A stretch of 64,000 nucleotides of DNA from Candidatus Niyogibacteria bacterium (lineage in GTDB: Bacteria; Patescibacteriota; Minisyncoccia; HO2-45-28): contig JACOYI010000005.1 of the NCBI GenBank assembly GCA_016181935.1, positions 595 through 64,594 of the forward strand. Direction: 5' to 3'. This document shows positions 10,245 to 19,441 of this stretch, piece by piece (position 1 is the stretch's first letter; each line of letters begins with the position of its first letter). The notes under the pieces were generated by a model. It saw only the letters and a program-made list of their open reading frames with translations. It ran no database searches and was not told the DNA's origin. A program made the position numbers and the translations under genes.

Positions 10245-10681
10245 TGTTTATGGAGACGCTCTCTATGTATCTGGCGATCATGGGCGGGGGCATTTTGCTG
10301 GCCGCCGTTCTTGTGGGGCGCTATGTCCCGAGCGTCAAATCGTTATCGGTGCCGGATCAGCGAAAATGGCTGGATCGCCTGCCGCCGTTCCTCGAATTCG
10401 CCGCCGATTTTTGGCAGAACCGGATGCAGCCGCCATTCACGCGGTTTTGGATCCGATACATTCACCCGATCTTTTTGGGGGAAGGAGAAAAGTGGTCGCG
10501 CCGGTCCCGCATCGTGGCGCTCCGGATCGAGCGGATGTTTCACCGGTTGTCGGATTATTTTCGCGGCAAGCGCATCGCGATGCAAGGGAATGGCAGTTCG
10601 GTGGAGGCGGCACAGGGGAAGAATTCCCAGTTTTGGAGCGAGATCCAGCGGCTGAAATCATCGGATGAGAAAAAGAAATAG
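10244..10681 (+). CDS. Hypothetical membrane-anchored protein
   Basis: N-terminal TM segment; coupled to the tsf stop. Confidence 0.65.
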   Translation: MFMETLSMYLAIMGGGILLAAVLVGRYVPSVKSLSVPDQRKWLDRLPPFLEFAADFWQNRMQPPFTRFWIRYIHPIFLGEGEKWSRRSRIVALRIERMFHRLSDYFRGKRIAMQGNGSSVEAAQGKNSQFWSEIQRLKSSDEKKK

Positions 10682-10686
10682 GAATT

Positions 10687-10882
10687 GCCGCCTTAGCTCA
10701 ATTGGCAGAGCAACACTTTTGCCCGCCCGCCTAAGACGCGCCGTCCTAGCTCAATTGGCAGAGCAACAGTTTTGTAAACTGTAGGTTCCGGGTTCGACCC
10801 CCGGGGACGGCTCAACAATCGGCGCTAAGGCGCGTCGGGCGCGGTAAAGTGAAGGTTCTCGGTTCGACTCCGAGAGGCGGCT
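10687..10882 (+). tRNA. Interrupted outer tRNA-Thr (5' half 10687-10719, 3' half 10843-10882; anticodon GGT, or TGT with a 1-nt junction shift)
   Basis: Acceptor GCCGCCT/AGGCGGC, D arm GCTC/GAGC, anticodon stem CACT/AGTG, T arm CTCGG-TTCGACT-CCGAG, U73. Confidence 0.75.
10740..10812 (+). tRNA. tRNA-Thr(TGT), nested inside the outer tRNA
   Basis: Complete cloverleaf: GCCGTCC/GGACGGC acceptor, ACAGT-TT TGT AA-ACTGT anticodon arm. Confidence 0.95.
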
Positions 10883-10892
10883 CTCAAAAAGA

Positions 10893-10924
10893 AAACCCGA
10901 GCAGTTATGCTCGGGCATTTTGTT
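10893..10924 (+). terminator. Probable terminator after the tRNA locus
   Basis: CCCGAGCA-GTTA-TGCTCGGG followed by T-rich sequence. Confidence 0.6.
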
Positions 10925-11052
10925 CGGCGGTTTTTTCGTATCGCCTATACGCTTTGGAAATCAAGGCGTTCAAGGACACGAGGATGATATCCAGTGACAA
11001 GAGAATGATATGGTCTGCAAAATTTTAAGCGATTCGTGATAAAATGAAGATA

Positions 11053-12279
11053 ATGAAAAAGAAGCGCGTGGTCATCATCGGCGGGGGGTTTGCGGGCGTG
11101 CAGTGCGCGCTGGACCTCGCACGTCACCCCGTTGATCTCGATGTCATTCTCATCGACCGCGACGGATATCATACGTATCACGCCGATTTTTATAAACTCA
11201 TTACATCGGGCCATGGGCCGCTGCATATCCCGCGCGAGAAGTTCCGGCTCGCGTTCTCGACGGTCGCGCTCGAACTCGCCGAAATTTTTGAAGGAAAACC
11301 GAACGTGGAATTGGTGCGGGGGGATGTCGTCGCCGTTCATCCGAGCGCGAATGCGGTGGAATTGGCGGACGGAGAGCGCATCGCATACGATATTTTGGTC
11401 GTGGCCACGGGTTCGGTCACGAATTTTTCGGTTCCCGGACTCCGGACGCGTGCGTTCGAATTGAAATCGCCGGAAGATGCGCTCACTATCCGCAATGCCA
11501 TTGATGAGGTTTTTGCGCGCAAAGCGAAGCACGAAAAAATTTCCATCGTCATCGGCGGCGGCGGATTCTCGGGATGCGAGGCGGCAGGGGAGATCGCGGT
11601 GTGGTTGCCGAAACTCGCGCGTGAACACGGGCAGCCAGCCGGGAACGCCGAGGTGACCATTGTTGAGGGTGCGCCCCAGCTTTTAATGTCGGCGCCCGCG
11701 TGGTTTCGCAAAAAAACCGAGGCGCGGCTTCTGGCGCTCGGCGTGCGGATCATTTTTTCAAATTTTGTTGTCGGCGTCCGCGACGATGCTATTGATTTAA
11801 AAAGCGGGAACGCGGTCTTGTTCGATATTTTGATCTGGACCGCCGGGGTCAGGGCGCATCTCTTGGCCGAGAAAATCACCGGCGCCGCGCTTGCAAAAGG
11901 GAGTTGCATCGTGGTGGACCCGTATTTACGCGTCGGCAATTTCAAGAATATCTTCGCGGTCGGCGATATTGCGTTTTGCAAAGGATTCGGCGATAAACCC
12001 CTGCCGATGCTTGCACAAACGGCGATCTCGCAAGGGCGCTACGCGGCGTACGCGATCCATCGGTTATTTCACGACCGCAAGACATTTCCGTATCATCCGT
12101 ATCGTCCCCAGTTCATTATTCCGCTTGGCGGGCGGTACGCGCTCGCTTATGCAAGGGGGTTTTCATTGGAAGGATGGCTGCCGTGGGTTTTGAAGCGCGC
12201 GGTCGCGCTCAGGTATTTCATGAGTATTTTGCCGTTCGGGAAAGCGCTCCGCGTGTGGTTGCGCGGGGTGCGGATATAA
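11053..12279 (+). CDS. ndh: Type II NADH dehydrogenase-like FAD oxidoreductase
   Basis: GGGFAG, VATGS, second GGGGFSGCE and FAVGDIA motifs. Confidence 0.85.
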   Translation: MKKKRVVIIGGGFAGVQCALDLARHPVDLDVILIDRDGYHTYHADFYKLITSGHGPLHIPREKFRLAFSTVALELAEIFEGKPNVELVRGDVVAVHPSANAVELADGERIAYDILVVATGSVTNFSVPGLRTRAFELKSPEDALTIRNAIDEVFARKAKHEKISIVIGGGGFSGCEAAGEIAVWLPKLAREHGQPAGNAEVTIVEGAPQLLMSAPAWFRKKTEARLLALGVRIIFSNFVVGVRDDAIDLKSGNAVLFDILIWTAGVRAHLLAEKITGAALAKGSCIVVDPYLRVGNFKNIFAVGDIAFCKGFGDKPLPMLAQTAISQGRYAAYAIHRLFHDRKTFPYHPYRPQFIIPLGGRYALAYARGFSLEGWLPWVLKRAVALRYFMSILPFGKALRVWLRGVRI

Positions 12280-12303
12280 AGAAAAAAGCCGCTCAAATGC
12301 GGC

Positions 12304-12840
12304 TTATGTGATGATTTCATGGGCAAGGCCGACTCTGACGGCCTCGTCGGCTGTGAAAATATAACATTCACGAGACCATCGGCGGACATCCTCCAGGGAA
12401 TGACGGCCTTCGGTTGCTTTCGAAACAATTACTTCATATCGCGCATCCTCCAGTTTGATCAGCATAAGATCTGCCTCCGCTTCGCGTCTCGAAAGATCGG
12501 ATCTCGTTTCACCGATGAAGTTGCCTTCGTGGAAATAAAAGAGGGTGTTCGGTGTGATCAGACGACGATTTCCGGCAAGAAAAATAACGATACCCATGGA
12601 TTTGATCTCTCCAAGCCCGATCGTGATGAGTTCAATGCGCGAAACAAAACGGATGTAATCGTAAAACGCAAAGCCGCTTCCCATATCGCCGCCGGAACTT
12701 GAAAGAATAAGCTGCGCCGGAACCTTTTTTTTTCCGCGCGGCGTCTCGAACGATTTGAATTGCTCGATCGCGCGTGCCGTATTTTCTTCATTAACATCAC
12801 CGATCCAACAAAATGCTCGGTCATCGCGAAACGGGATCAT
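12304..12840 (-). CDS. Divergent ClpP-like serine protease subunit
   Basis: SSGGD, IKSMG (catalytic Ser), FYFHE and FTADEAVRVGL motifs. Confidence 0.75.
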   Translation of the reverse strand: MIPFRDDRAFCWIGDVNEENTARAIEQFKSFETPRGKKKVPAQLILSSSGGDMGSGFAFYDYIRFVSRIELITIGLGEIKSMGIVIFLAGNRRLITPNTLFYFHEGNFIGETRSDLSRREAEADLMLIKLEDARYEVIVSKATEGRHSLEDVRRWSRECYIFTADEAVRVGLAHEIIT

Positions 12841-12898
12841 AGTGCCTCTCAAGGAACGTTTTCTTTCATTATAGAACATTTATTGCTAGCGTGGGCGC

Positions 12899-13567
12899 AT
12901 GTTGGAAATTCGTGATTTGACCGTAAAAGCGAATGAGCGTCAAATTTTGCATACGGTCTCTTTGACGATCGCCAAAAGCGAGATTCACGCAATGAAAGGA
13001 TCCAACGGCTCCGGCAAGACGAGCTTGGCGCTTTCGATCGCCGGGCATCCGGATTATGCGGTCATGTCGGGTGATATCCGATGGAATGGCGGGAGCATTC
13101 TGGATAAAAAGCCACATGAACGAGCGCGTCTTGGGATTCATTGGATCGGGCAAAGCGTGCCGGCATTCGACGGGGTGGGGCTTTTGAGTGTGGCGCGCGG
13201 CGCGTGTAGCGCGAGAGGAAAGGCGCCCGATGTTTTTCATTTACGTTCCGAATTGGTCGCGGCGCTCAAACGGATGGGGCTTGGCGAGGATTTTTTGCTT
13301 CGGGCCCTGCACGGCGATTCATCGGGCGGGGAGAAGAAAAAAGTCGAGCTGGCATTGGCCGCGGTTTTGAAGCCGGAATGTCTGATACTGGATGAAGTAG
13401 ATGCGGGGCTTGATGCGACGGGAATCGAAGCCGCCGCTGGCGTTATCGCCGAACTCGCAGGAAACGCGGCGGTTCTGGTCATTTCCCATTCAGACGCATT
13501 CATTGAGCGGCTGGGCGCGAGTCGCTGTTATCGGATGGAATCGGGGAAACTTATTCATGAACACTGA
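12899..13567 (+). CDS. sufC: Fe-S assembly ATPase SufC
   Basis: GSNGSGKT, SGGEKK and LDE motifs; upstream of sufB. Confidence 0.88.
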   Translation: MLEIRDLTVKANERQILHTVSLTIAKSEIHAMKGSNGSGKTSLALSIAGHPDYAVMSGDIRWNGGSILDKKPHERARLGIHWIGQSVPAFDGVGLLSVARGACSARGKAPDVFHLRSELVAALKRMGLGEDFLLRALHGDSSGGEKKKVELALAAVLKPECLILDEVDAGLDATGIEAAAGVIAELAGNAAVLVISHSDAFIERLGASRCYRMESGKLIHEH

Positions 13568-14900
13568 CGAAATACGTATTCCAAGGGGGCTTACACGTTC
13601 GACCGTGGAGGCGATCTCACGGGAAAAAAGCGAATCCGCATGGATGCGTGATTTCCGTCTCCGCGCATTCGATATTTTTGAATCCAAGGCGATGCCGGCG
13701 TGGGGCGCGGATCTGTCGGATATCCGGTTCGATGATTTTTGGTATTTTATCCGTGCATCCGGACAGAGTCGCGATTGGAACGATGTGCCGGCGGAGATCC
13801 ATTCCACCTTCGAGCGGCTCGGCATTCCGCAGGCCGAGCGCGCATTTCTGGCCGGCGTGTCGGCGCAGTATGAATCCGAGGTTGTGTATCACAACTTAAA
13901 AGACGAATGGGTCAGGAAAGGAATTATTTTTTGCGACACCGATACCGCGCTTCGCGAACATCCGGAATTGGTGCGCGAGTATTTCGGAACGGTCGTTCCG
14001 GCGGCAGACAATAAATTTTCTGCGCTCAATTCCGCCGTATGGTCGGGCGGCAGTTTCGTATACGTACCCAAAGGCGTTAAAGCCGAAATTCCGTTGCAGG
14101 CGTATTTCCGGATACAGGCGCGCAGTATGGGGCAATTCGAGCGTACGCTCATCATCGCGGATGAGGGCGCGGAAGTGAGTTATATCGAAGGATGCACCGC
14201 GCCGCGCTATTCGGAAGCAGCGCTGCATTCGGCGGTCGTGGAGATCATCGCCAAGCCCCATTCGCGCGTCCGGTATACGACGGTCCAGAATTGGTCGAAA
14301 AATGTGTACAATTTGGTGACAAAGCGCGCATTTGCGGAGGAAGGGGCGGTGGTTGAATGGATCGACGGCAATTTGGGATCGAAAGCAACGATGAAATATC
14401 CCTCCGTATTTTTGCGTGGTAGAGGTGCGCGGGCGGACATTCTGTCGATCGCATACGCGGGCGCGGGCCAGCATCAGGATGCGGGCGGCAAGGTATTTCA
14501 TTTGGCGGCGGACACCCGTAGCCGTATCATTTCAAAATCGGTTTCTTCCGCCGGGGGTCGCGCGAGCTACCGCGGAATGGTGAAGATCATCGCCGGCGCC
14601 GAAAATGCGCGCTCGAAAGTTTTGTGCGATGCGCTGATGCTGGATGCCGATTCCCGTTCGGATACGTATCCCGTGATCCGCGTTAAAGAGCCGACAGCGA
14701 CCGTGGAGCACGAGGCGTCCGTATCGCGCGTGTCGGAGGAACAGATGCAGTATCTGGAAAGCCGCGGGCTTCGCGAGGCGGATGCGATAGGACTTCTGGT
14801 TTCCGGATTTTTTGATCCGCTTACGCGCGAATTGCCGCTTGAATATGCGGCGGAATTCAACGAGTTGATGCGGCTCGAAATGGAAAAAAGCGTCGGATGA
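13557..14900 (+). CDS. sufB: Fe-S assembly protein SufB
   Basis: AQYESEVVY, GQFERTLII, YIEGCTAP and TMKYPS motifs. Confidence 0.95.
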   Translation: MNTDEIRIPRGLTRSTVEAISREKSESAWMRDFRLRAFDIFESKAMPAWGADLSDIRFDDFWYFIRASGQSRDWNDVPAEIHSTFERLGIPQAERAFLAGVSAQYESEVVYHNLKDEWVRKGIIFCDTDTALREHPELVREYFGTVVPAADNKFSALNSAVWSGGSFVYVPKGVKAEIPLQAYFRIQARSMGQFERTLIIADEGAEVSYIEGCTAPRYSEAALHSAVVEIIAKPHSRVRYTTVQNWSKNVYNLVTKRAFAEEGAVVEWIDGNLGSKATMKYPSVFLRGRGARADILSIAYAGAGQHQDAGGKVFHLAADTRSRIISKSVSSAGGRASYRGMVKIIAGAENARSKVLCDALMLDADSRSDTYPVIRVKEPTATVEHEASVSRVSEEQMQYLESRGLREADAIGLLVSGFFDPLTRELPLEYAAEFNELMRLEMEKSVG

Positions 14901-14901
14901 T

Positions 14902-15486
14902 ATGGAAACGCTCATTGTAAAAGGAGCGGAAAATCATGTCTTCACGCTCGCGGCTGGTGAGGAGCGTTCTATCGTATGCGTGGCGGCGGAATCCGCTGAT
15001 ATTGATATCCGCGCGACACTTGCGTCGGGCGCGCGATTAAAGCTCATTTTCTTATTCGCGGGAAATAAGGATGATGCGGTCAGGGCGCGGCTCGCGGTGC
15101 GCCATGAGGGCGCGGATTCCGTGTCAGAGGTCATTGCGCGCGGCGTGCTCTATAATAGAAGCAGCGCGGCTGTGGATGGCAGTATTTATGTCTCGCCGGG
15201 AGCGCGGGGAGCATCCGCGCGATTCGAAGGGAAGGCGCTGCTCGAGGGGTCGGGTTCGGCGGAAATTCTGCCGACACTTGAAATCAAAGCATCCGATGCG
15301 CGCCAAGTCCGTCATGCGGCGGCAGTATCGCGGCTCACGCCGGAGGAGCGGATGTATCTCGAAAGCCGCGGGCTGGATGCGGAGGGATCCGTACGCTTGG
15401 CCGCGGAGGGATTTTTGAAGGCGCCGTTTTCCTGCGCGATCGAGATTCCGAAGGAGTTTGATTATTTACTTAAAAAAAATCGCTAA
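14902..15486 (+). CDS. sufD: SufD-like protein (short)
   Basis: PTLEI...HAA...YLESRG C-terminal motif; operon position. Confidence 0.8.
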   Translation: METLIVKGAENHVFTLAAGEERSIVCVAAESADIDIRATLASGARLKLIFLFAGNKDDAVRARLAVRHEGADSVSEVIARGVLYNRSSAAVDGSIYVSPGARGASARFEGKALLEGSGSAEILPTLEIKASDARQVRHAAAVSRLTPEERMYLESRGLDAEGSVRLAAEGFLKAPFSCAIEIPKEFDYLLKKNR

Positions 15487-15492
15487 GCAGGC

Positions 15493-15735
15493 TTAGCGAT
15501 GATACAGGTACTTGAACAATGGCTGCAAAAAGAGAAGCCAAATACCGACACTAATGGTGCTGATTCCGATTAGCGCTATGAGGAATAACAAAGCAAGAAT
15601 GCCTGTTTCTCCAGAACGAACTCCGAATCCAAAGATCGGCTGCGTTACTATGCTCAACCATTTGACGGGAAGGAAGATTATCGAAAGATCAAGAAGAAGT
15701 GCTATGAAAATGAATCGAGCTATATTAATGTTCAT
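15493..15735 (-). CDS. Small AT-rich membrane protein
   Basis: GAGGAG SD, minus-strand TTGACG promoter, hydrophobic sequence. Confidence 0.65.
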   Translation of the reverse strand: MNINIARFIFIALLLDLSIIFLPVKWLSIVTQPIFGFGVRSGETGILALLFLIALIGISTISVGIWLLFLQPLFKYLYHR

Positions 15736-15801
15736 AGAAGTCGCTCCTCAAAAAGACCTTCTATGGTTTAGATAGCATATTGAGGTTATTGCGTCAAGTT
15801 T

Positions 15802-17043
15802 ATGCGACATAACACTAAAAATACTCGTAGCGATTTCCCGATCTTAAAAATGCGCCAGTCCGCCGGTGGGCGGAGCACGCCGTTCATTTATTTCGACAAT
15901 GCGGCGACCACGCAAAAACCGCGCCAGATCGTCGAGAAATTGACCGAGCACTATGCGACCTCGCATGCCAACGTGCATCGCGGCGTGTATCGCGTGGCCG
16001 AGGAGGCGACGCGGCGGTTCGAAGAAGCGCGTGAAAAAGTTGCGCGGTTCATCGGCGCGCGAGCAAGCCGCGAAATTATTTTCACGCGCAATGCCACCGA
16101 AGCCATCAATTTAGTGGCAAGTGTAATGGCGCCGCGCATCAAAAAAAGCGATAGGATTTTAACGCTCCTATCAGAACATCATTCGAATTTCGTGCCGTGG
16201 ATGCGGCTCGCAGAAAAACAAGGCGCGCATTTTGATGTCATTGGTTTGACGCCCGAGCGGCGACTCGATTTTGCGGATTTTGAAAAGAAGCTGACACCGC
16301 GGACGAAAATCGTGGCGGTCGCGCATATTTCGAATGTATCGGGATATGTGTATCCGGTGGAGAAGATCATTCGGGCGGCGCATAAAGCCGGCGCATGGGT
16401 ATTGGTGGACGGCGCACAATCGGCGGGACATATGAGCGTGAATGTTGCCAAAATGAGATGCGACTTCTTTGCGCTCTCGGGACATAAAATGCTCGCGCCC
16501 TCGGGCATCGGCGCGCTTTACGGTCGGGAAGAATTATTGAATGAACTCGAACCGTTTTTATCGGGCGGCGAGATGATACGGGAAGTGACCACCGAATCGG
16601 CGAGCTGGAATGAGCTTCCGTGGAAATTCGAGGCGGGGACGCCGAATATCGAGGGCGCGATTTTGCTCGGCGAAGCCATCGACTATTTGCAAAAAGTCGG
16701 GATGAAAAACATCGCGGCGCACGAGGATGAATTATTGCGGCATGCGCTTGCCGCAATGAAAAAATTGAATTGCGTGGACCTGCTCGGGATGGAAAGTGCG
16801 AAAGACCGTGTCGGCGTGATTTCCTTCGCGCTTCGCGGCGTCCACCCGCATGACGTTGCAAGCATTCTCGACGAACACTACGGCATTGCGGTCCGTGCCG
16901 GCACGCATTGCGCCCAGCCCTTCATGCGGCATTTGGGCGTTCCCGCCACCACGCGCGCGAGCTTTTATTTTTACAATACGAAACCGGAGGTCGATGCATT
17001 CATCCGCGCGCTCGGAGAAATTTATGAGAAATTTTCTGTATGA
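15802..17043 (+). CDS. sufS: Cysteine desulfurase SufS
   Basis: DNAATTQKP, EHHSN, SGHKM and RAGTHCAQP motifs. Confidence 0.93.
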   Translation: MRHNTKNTRSDFPILKMRQSAGGRSTPFIYFDNAATTQKPRQIVEKLTEHYATSHANVHRGVYRVAEEATRRFEEAREKVARFIGARASREIIFTRNATEAINLVASVMAPRIKKSDRILTLLSEHHSNFVPWMRLAEKQGAHFDVIGLTPERRLDFADFEKKLTPRTKIVAVAHISNVSGYVYPVEKIIRAAHKAGAWVLVDGAQSAGHMSVNVAKMRCDFFALSGHKMLAPSGIGALYGREELLNELEPFLSGGEMIREVTTESASWNELPWKFEAGTPNIEGAILLGEAIDYLQKVGMKNIAAHEDELLRHALAAMKKLNCVDLLGMESAKDRVGVISFALRGVHPHDVASILDEHYGIAVRAGTHCAQPFMRHLGVPATTRASFYFYNTKPEVDAFIRALGEIYEKFSV

Positions 17044-17076
17044 GAAAAAGCCGCTTGGTAGAACCAAACGGCGAGG

Positions 17077-17250
17077 TTAGCGCTTTTTGAATTTAGTCAT
17101 GATGTAGTAAAAAAGCAGGAACGAGAGCCATCCATCAATGTAACCCTCGAGAATAAAGATGAGGTTGCCACCCGAAAGGAGGCCTCCTATGATCGCGCCG
17201 GAAATAGCGGAAAAAAGAACAAGCAGCGATTTTTTCAGCTCGGTATCCAC
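17077..17250 (-). CDS. 57-aa membrane protein (not in ORF track): MDTELKKSLLVLFSAISGAIIGGLLSGG...KFKKR
   Basis: Manual translation; GTG start after AAGGAG SD; minus-strand TTGACA promoter near 17283-17309. Confidence 0.6.
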   Translation of the reverse strand: MDTELKKSLLVLFSAISGAIIGGLLSGGNLIFILEGYIDGWLSFLLFYYIMTKFKKR

Positions 17251-17310
17251 GCATCTCCTTTTTAGTGAACGTTTGATGGCAGATTAGCACGCATTTAACA
17301 TTTGTCAAGC

Positions 17311-17682
17311 ATGGATATTTATCAGGAGCATATTCTGGATCACGCAAAATACCCGCGAAATGCGGGGGTGTTGGAAAGACCGACGCATCGCGGAAAGGCG
17401 CAGAATCCTTTGTGCGGCGATGAGGCCGAGATTTTTTTGGATGTAAAAAACGGGGCGCTCGCCGATATCAAATACGAAGTTCAGGGATGCATTTTGTCGA
17501 AAGCAGCGCTCTCTATTGTTTCCGAGCATGTAAAAGGGAAGAAAATTGCCGCTATTACAAAGCTCGGCGCGGGCGATGTTTTTAAGTTGTTAGGATTCAC
17601 GCCGACGCCATCGCGGACCAAGTGCGCGCTATTCGGATTCGAGGCGGTTCGTTCATTACTTGAAAAGAAAAAAGTCCGTTGA
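17311..17682 (+). CDS. sufU: SufU/IscU-type scaffold
   Basis: YQEHILDH, NPLCGD, GC and RTKCA motifs. Confidence 0.9.
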   Translation: MDIYQEHILDHAKYPRNAGVLERPTHRGKAQNPLCGDEAEIFLDVKNGALADIKYEVQGCILSKAALSIVSEHVKGKKIAAITKLGAGDVFKLLGFTPTPSRTKCALFGFEAVRSLLEKKKVR

Positions 17683-17696
17683 GATTATCGCTGGAC

Positions 17697-17960
17697 TCAT
17701 GTTTTTCGATAGTAGAAAAATTGGGTGAGAAGGAGGAGAGAAAGAGCAGAGCCCGGCGTTTGGGAGATCATGAGAAAAATGTCCGGCTTTGTCCACCCGT
17801 AAAGTCCCCAAGATGTATAAGCGGAAAAAACGGTCAAGCTGAGCACAAACGAAACGCCCTCGCAGCTTTTTTTCTTGTAGATTTTATAGATTTGATGCGG
17901 CAGGCCGATCGTTGTCAATATGAGCGACATTATCATCGCAAGGATGCCGAATGTTGTCAT
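17697..17960 (-). CDS. SemiSWEET/PQ-loop family 3-TM protein
   Basis: GLPHQIYK...EGVS motif, 87 aa. Confidence 0.75.
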   Translation of the reverse strand: MTTFGILAMIMSLILTTIGLPHQIYKIYKKKSCEGVSFVLSLTVFSAYTSWGLYGWTKPDIFLMISQTPGSALSLLLLTQFFYYRKT

Positions 17961-18024
17961 GGCGATTTCTCCATATTATTCTTGAAGAGTACGGTTTAAG
18001 CTTAAATAGCATTTCCTAGTAAAA

Positions 18025-18258
18025 ATGTCAAGTCCCGAGCAAAAAATCGCAAAAATCGAGATCGACCGCGAGCTCTGCATCGGTGCGGCGACCTGTGTGG
18101 CGCTTGCGCCCGGCGTGTTTGCGCTCGACAAGGAAAACAAAGCGTATGTTGTGGACGAGAACGGCGCCGATCAGGAGATGATACGATTGGCCGCCGAATC
18201 GTGCCCGACCAAGGCCATTTCATTATTCGATAAAGAGGGAAAACAAATTTACCCATGA
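18025..18258 (+). CDS. Single-cluster ferredoxin
   Basis: CIGAATC...AAESCP. Confidence 0.88.
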   Translation: MSSPEQKIAKIEIDRELCIGAATCVALAPGVFALDKENKAYVVDENGADQEMIRLAAESCPTKAISLFDKEGKQIYP

Positions 18259-18866
18259 AATTCGAATTGCCGAAATTACCGTATGCTTACGATGCGCTCG
18301 AGCCGCATATCGACGTGCGGACGATGGAGATCCATCACGGCAAGCATCATGCGGGGTACGTGGACAAGCTGAATGCGGTGCTCGATGGCCGTCCGGAATC
18401 ACAAAAATCCATTGATGAATTGATTCGTGATCTGAATACATTACCGGAGGATGTTCGGATCGCCGTGCGGAATTTCGGCGGCGGGCATCTGAACCATTCA
18501 ATTTTCTGGACCTCGATGAAGCCGCCATCAGAGGGCGGGGGCGGGGAGCCGGCAGGGCCGCTCCGTGAAATGCTCGAGCACGATTTCGGGGGATTCGTGA
18601 AATTCAAGGAAACATTCGATAAAGCGGCCGTGAGTTTATTTGGCAGCGGATATGCGTGGCTGGTGGCGGATGGCGAAGGAAAACTTTCTGTGATGATGAC
18701 GCAAAATCAGGATTGCCCGCTTACGCAGGGATTCATCCCGCTTTTCGTCATCGACGTGTGGGAGCATGCGTATTATTTGAAATACCAGAACCGGCGCAAT
18801 GAGTACGTCGCCGCGTGGTGGAATCTGGTGAATTGGGACGAGGTTGAGCGCCGGTTCAGGCCCTAA
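18255..18866 (+). CDS. sodA: Fe/Mn superoxide dismutase
   Basis: HHGKHH, GGHLNH and DVWEHAYY motifs. Confidence 0.93.
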   Translation: MKFELPKLPYAYDALEPHIDVRTMEIHHGKHHAGYVDKLNAVLDGRPESQKSIDELIRDLNTLPEDVRIAVRNFGGGHLNHSIFWTSMKPPSEGGGGEPAGPLREMLEHDFGGFVKFKETFDKAAVSLFGSGYAWLVADGEGKLSVMMTQNQDCPLTQGFIPLFVIDVWEHAYYLKYQNRRNEYVAAWWNLVNWDEVERRFRP

Positions 18867-18877
18867 TGGCGCGCTTT

Positions 18878-19026
18878 TGCATGCTTCTTTCTCGACACGC
18901 TCGTTCCGCCCTGCGAGCGGAACTCCCTCTATCCTCGGCTCGCTCGTTTCGCGTATGGCGCTGCGCGCAATTATACGCGAAACACCGTGCTCACTCGCCT
19001 GCGGACGGTCTCGAAAAAAGCATGCA
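18878..19026. repeat. Structured three-way-junction element, copy D
   Basis: Outer stem TGCATGCTT..AAGCATGCA; TCCTCGGC...ACCGTGC...GCCTGCGGA core. Confidence 0.75.
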
Positions 19027-19062
19027 TCAGCGCTTCAATCTAATCTTTTAACACCTTTAATC

Positions 19063-19287
19063 ATGTTCAACCAAGTCAAAGAAATCCTCGAGCGCGATAT
19101 CCGGCCGCTGTTGGCGATGCATGCGGGCGATGCGGAATTGATCGCGGTCGAGGACGGCGTTGTGAAATTGCGCTTGAAGGGGACATGCCACGGGTGTATG
19201 CTCTCCGAAGTCACGCTGAAAGCCGGTGTCGAGCAATTGCTGAAATCCAAGCTTGACGGTATCAAAAGCGTGGAAGCGGTGGAATGA
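19063..19287 (+). CDS. NifU/NfuA C-terminal domain protein
   Basis: IRPLLAMHAGD and GTCHGC motifs. Confidence 0.88.
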   Translation: MFNQVKEILERDIRPLLAMHAGDAELIAVEDGVVKLRLKGTCHGCMLSEVTLKAGVEQLLKSKLDGIKSVEAVE

Positions 19288-19288
19288 A

Positions 19289-19441
19289 TAGAACTCATTC
19301 CAAAACCATTGGCAGGAATGAGCGCATGTCGCGAGTAGGATTCTCGGAGCGCGACGGCGCGAGAGTAAGCCGATTCTTCAGCAGAAGAATACGGCGTGCC
19401 TACTCGCGGCATGCGCGAGAGGGGTTTTGAAATGAGTTCTA
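19289..19441. mobile_element. MITE-like structured element
   Basis: TAGAACTCATTCCAAAACC...GGTTTTGAAATGAGTTCTA terminal IR plus internal 18-bp stem. Confidence 0.6.

Noticed and set aside
10720-10842. Group I/II intron in the outer tRNA-Thr
   Set aside because: Once the inner tRNA is removed only about 50 nt of linker remain, too little for a ribozyme core, although a U|...G boundary is possible.
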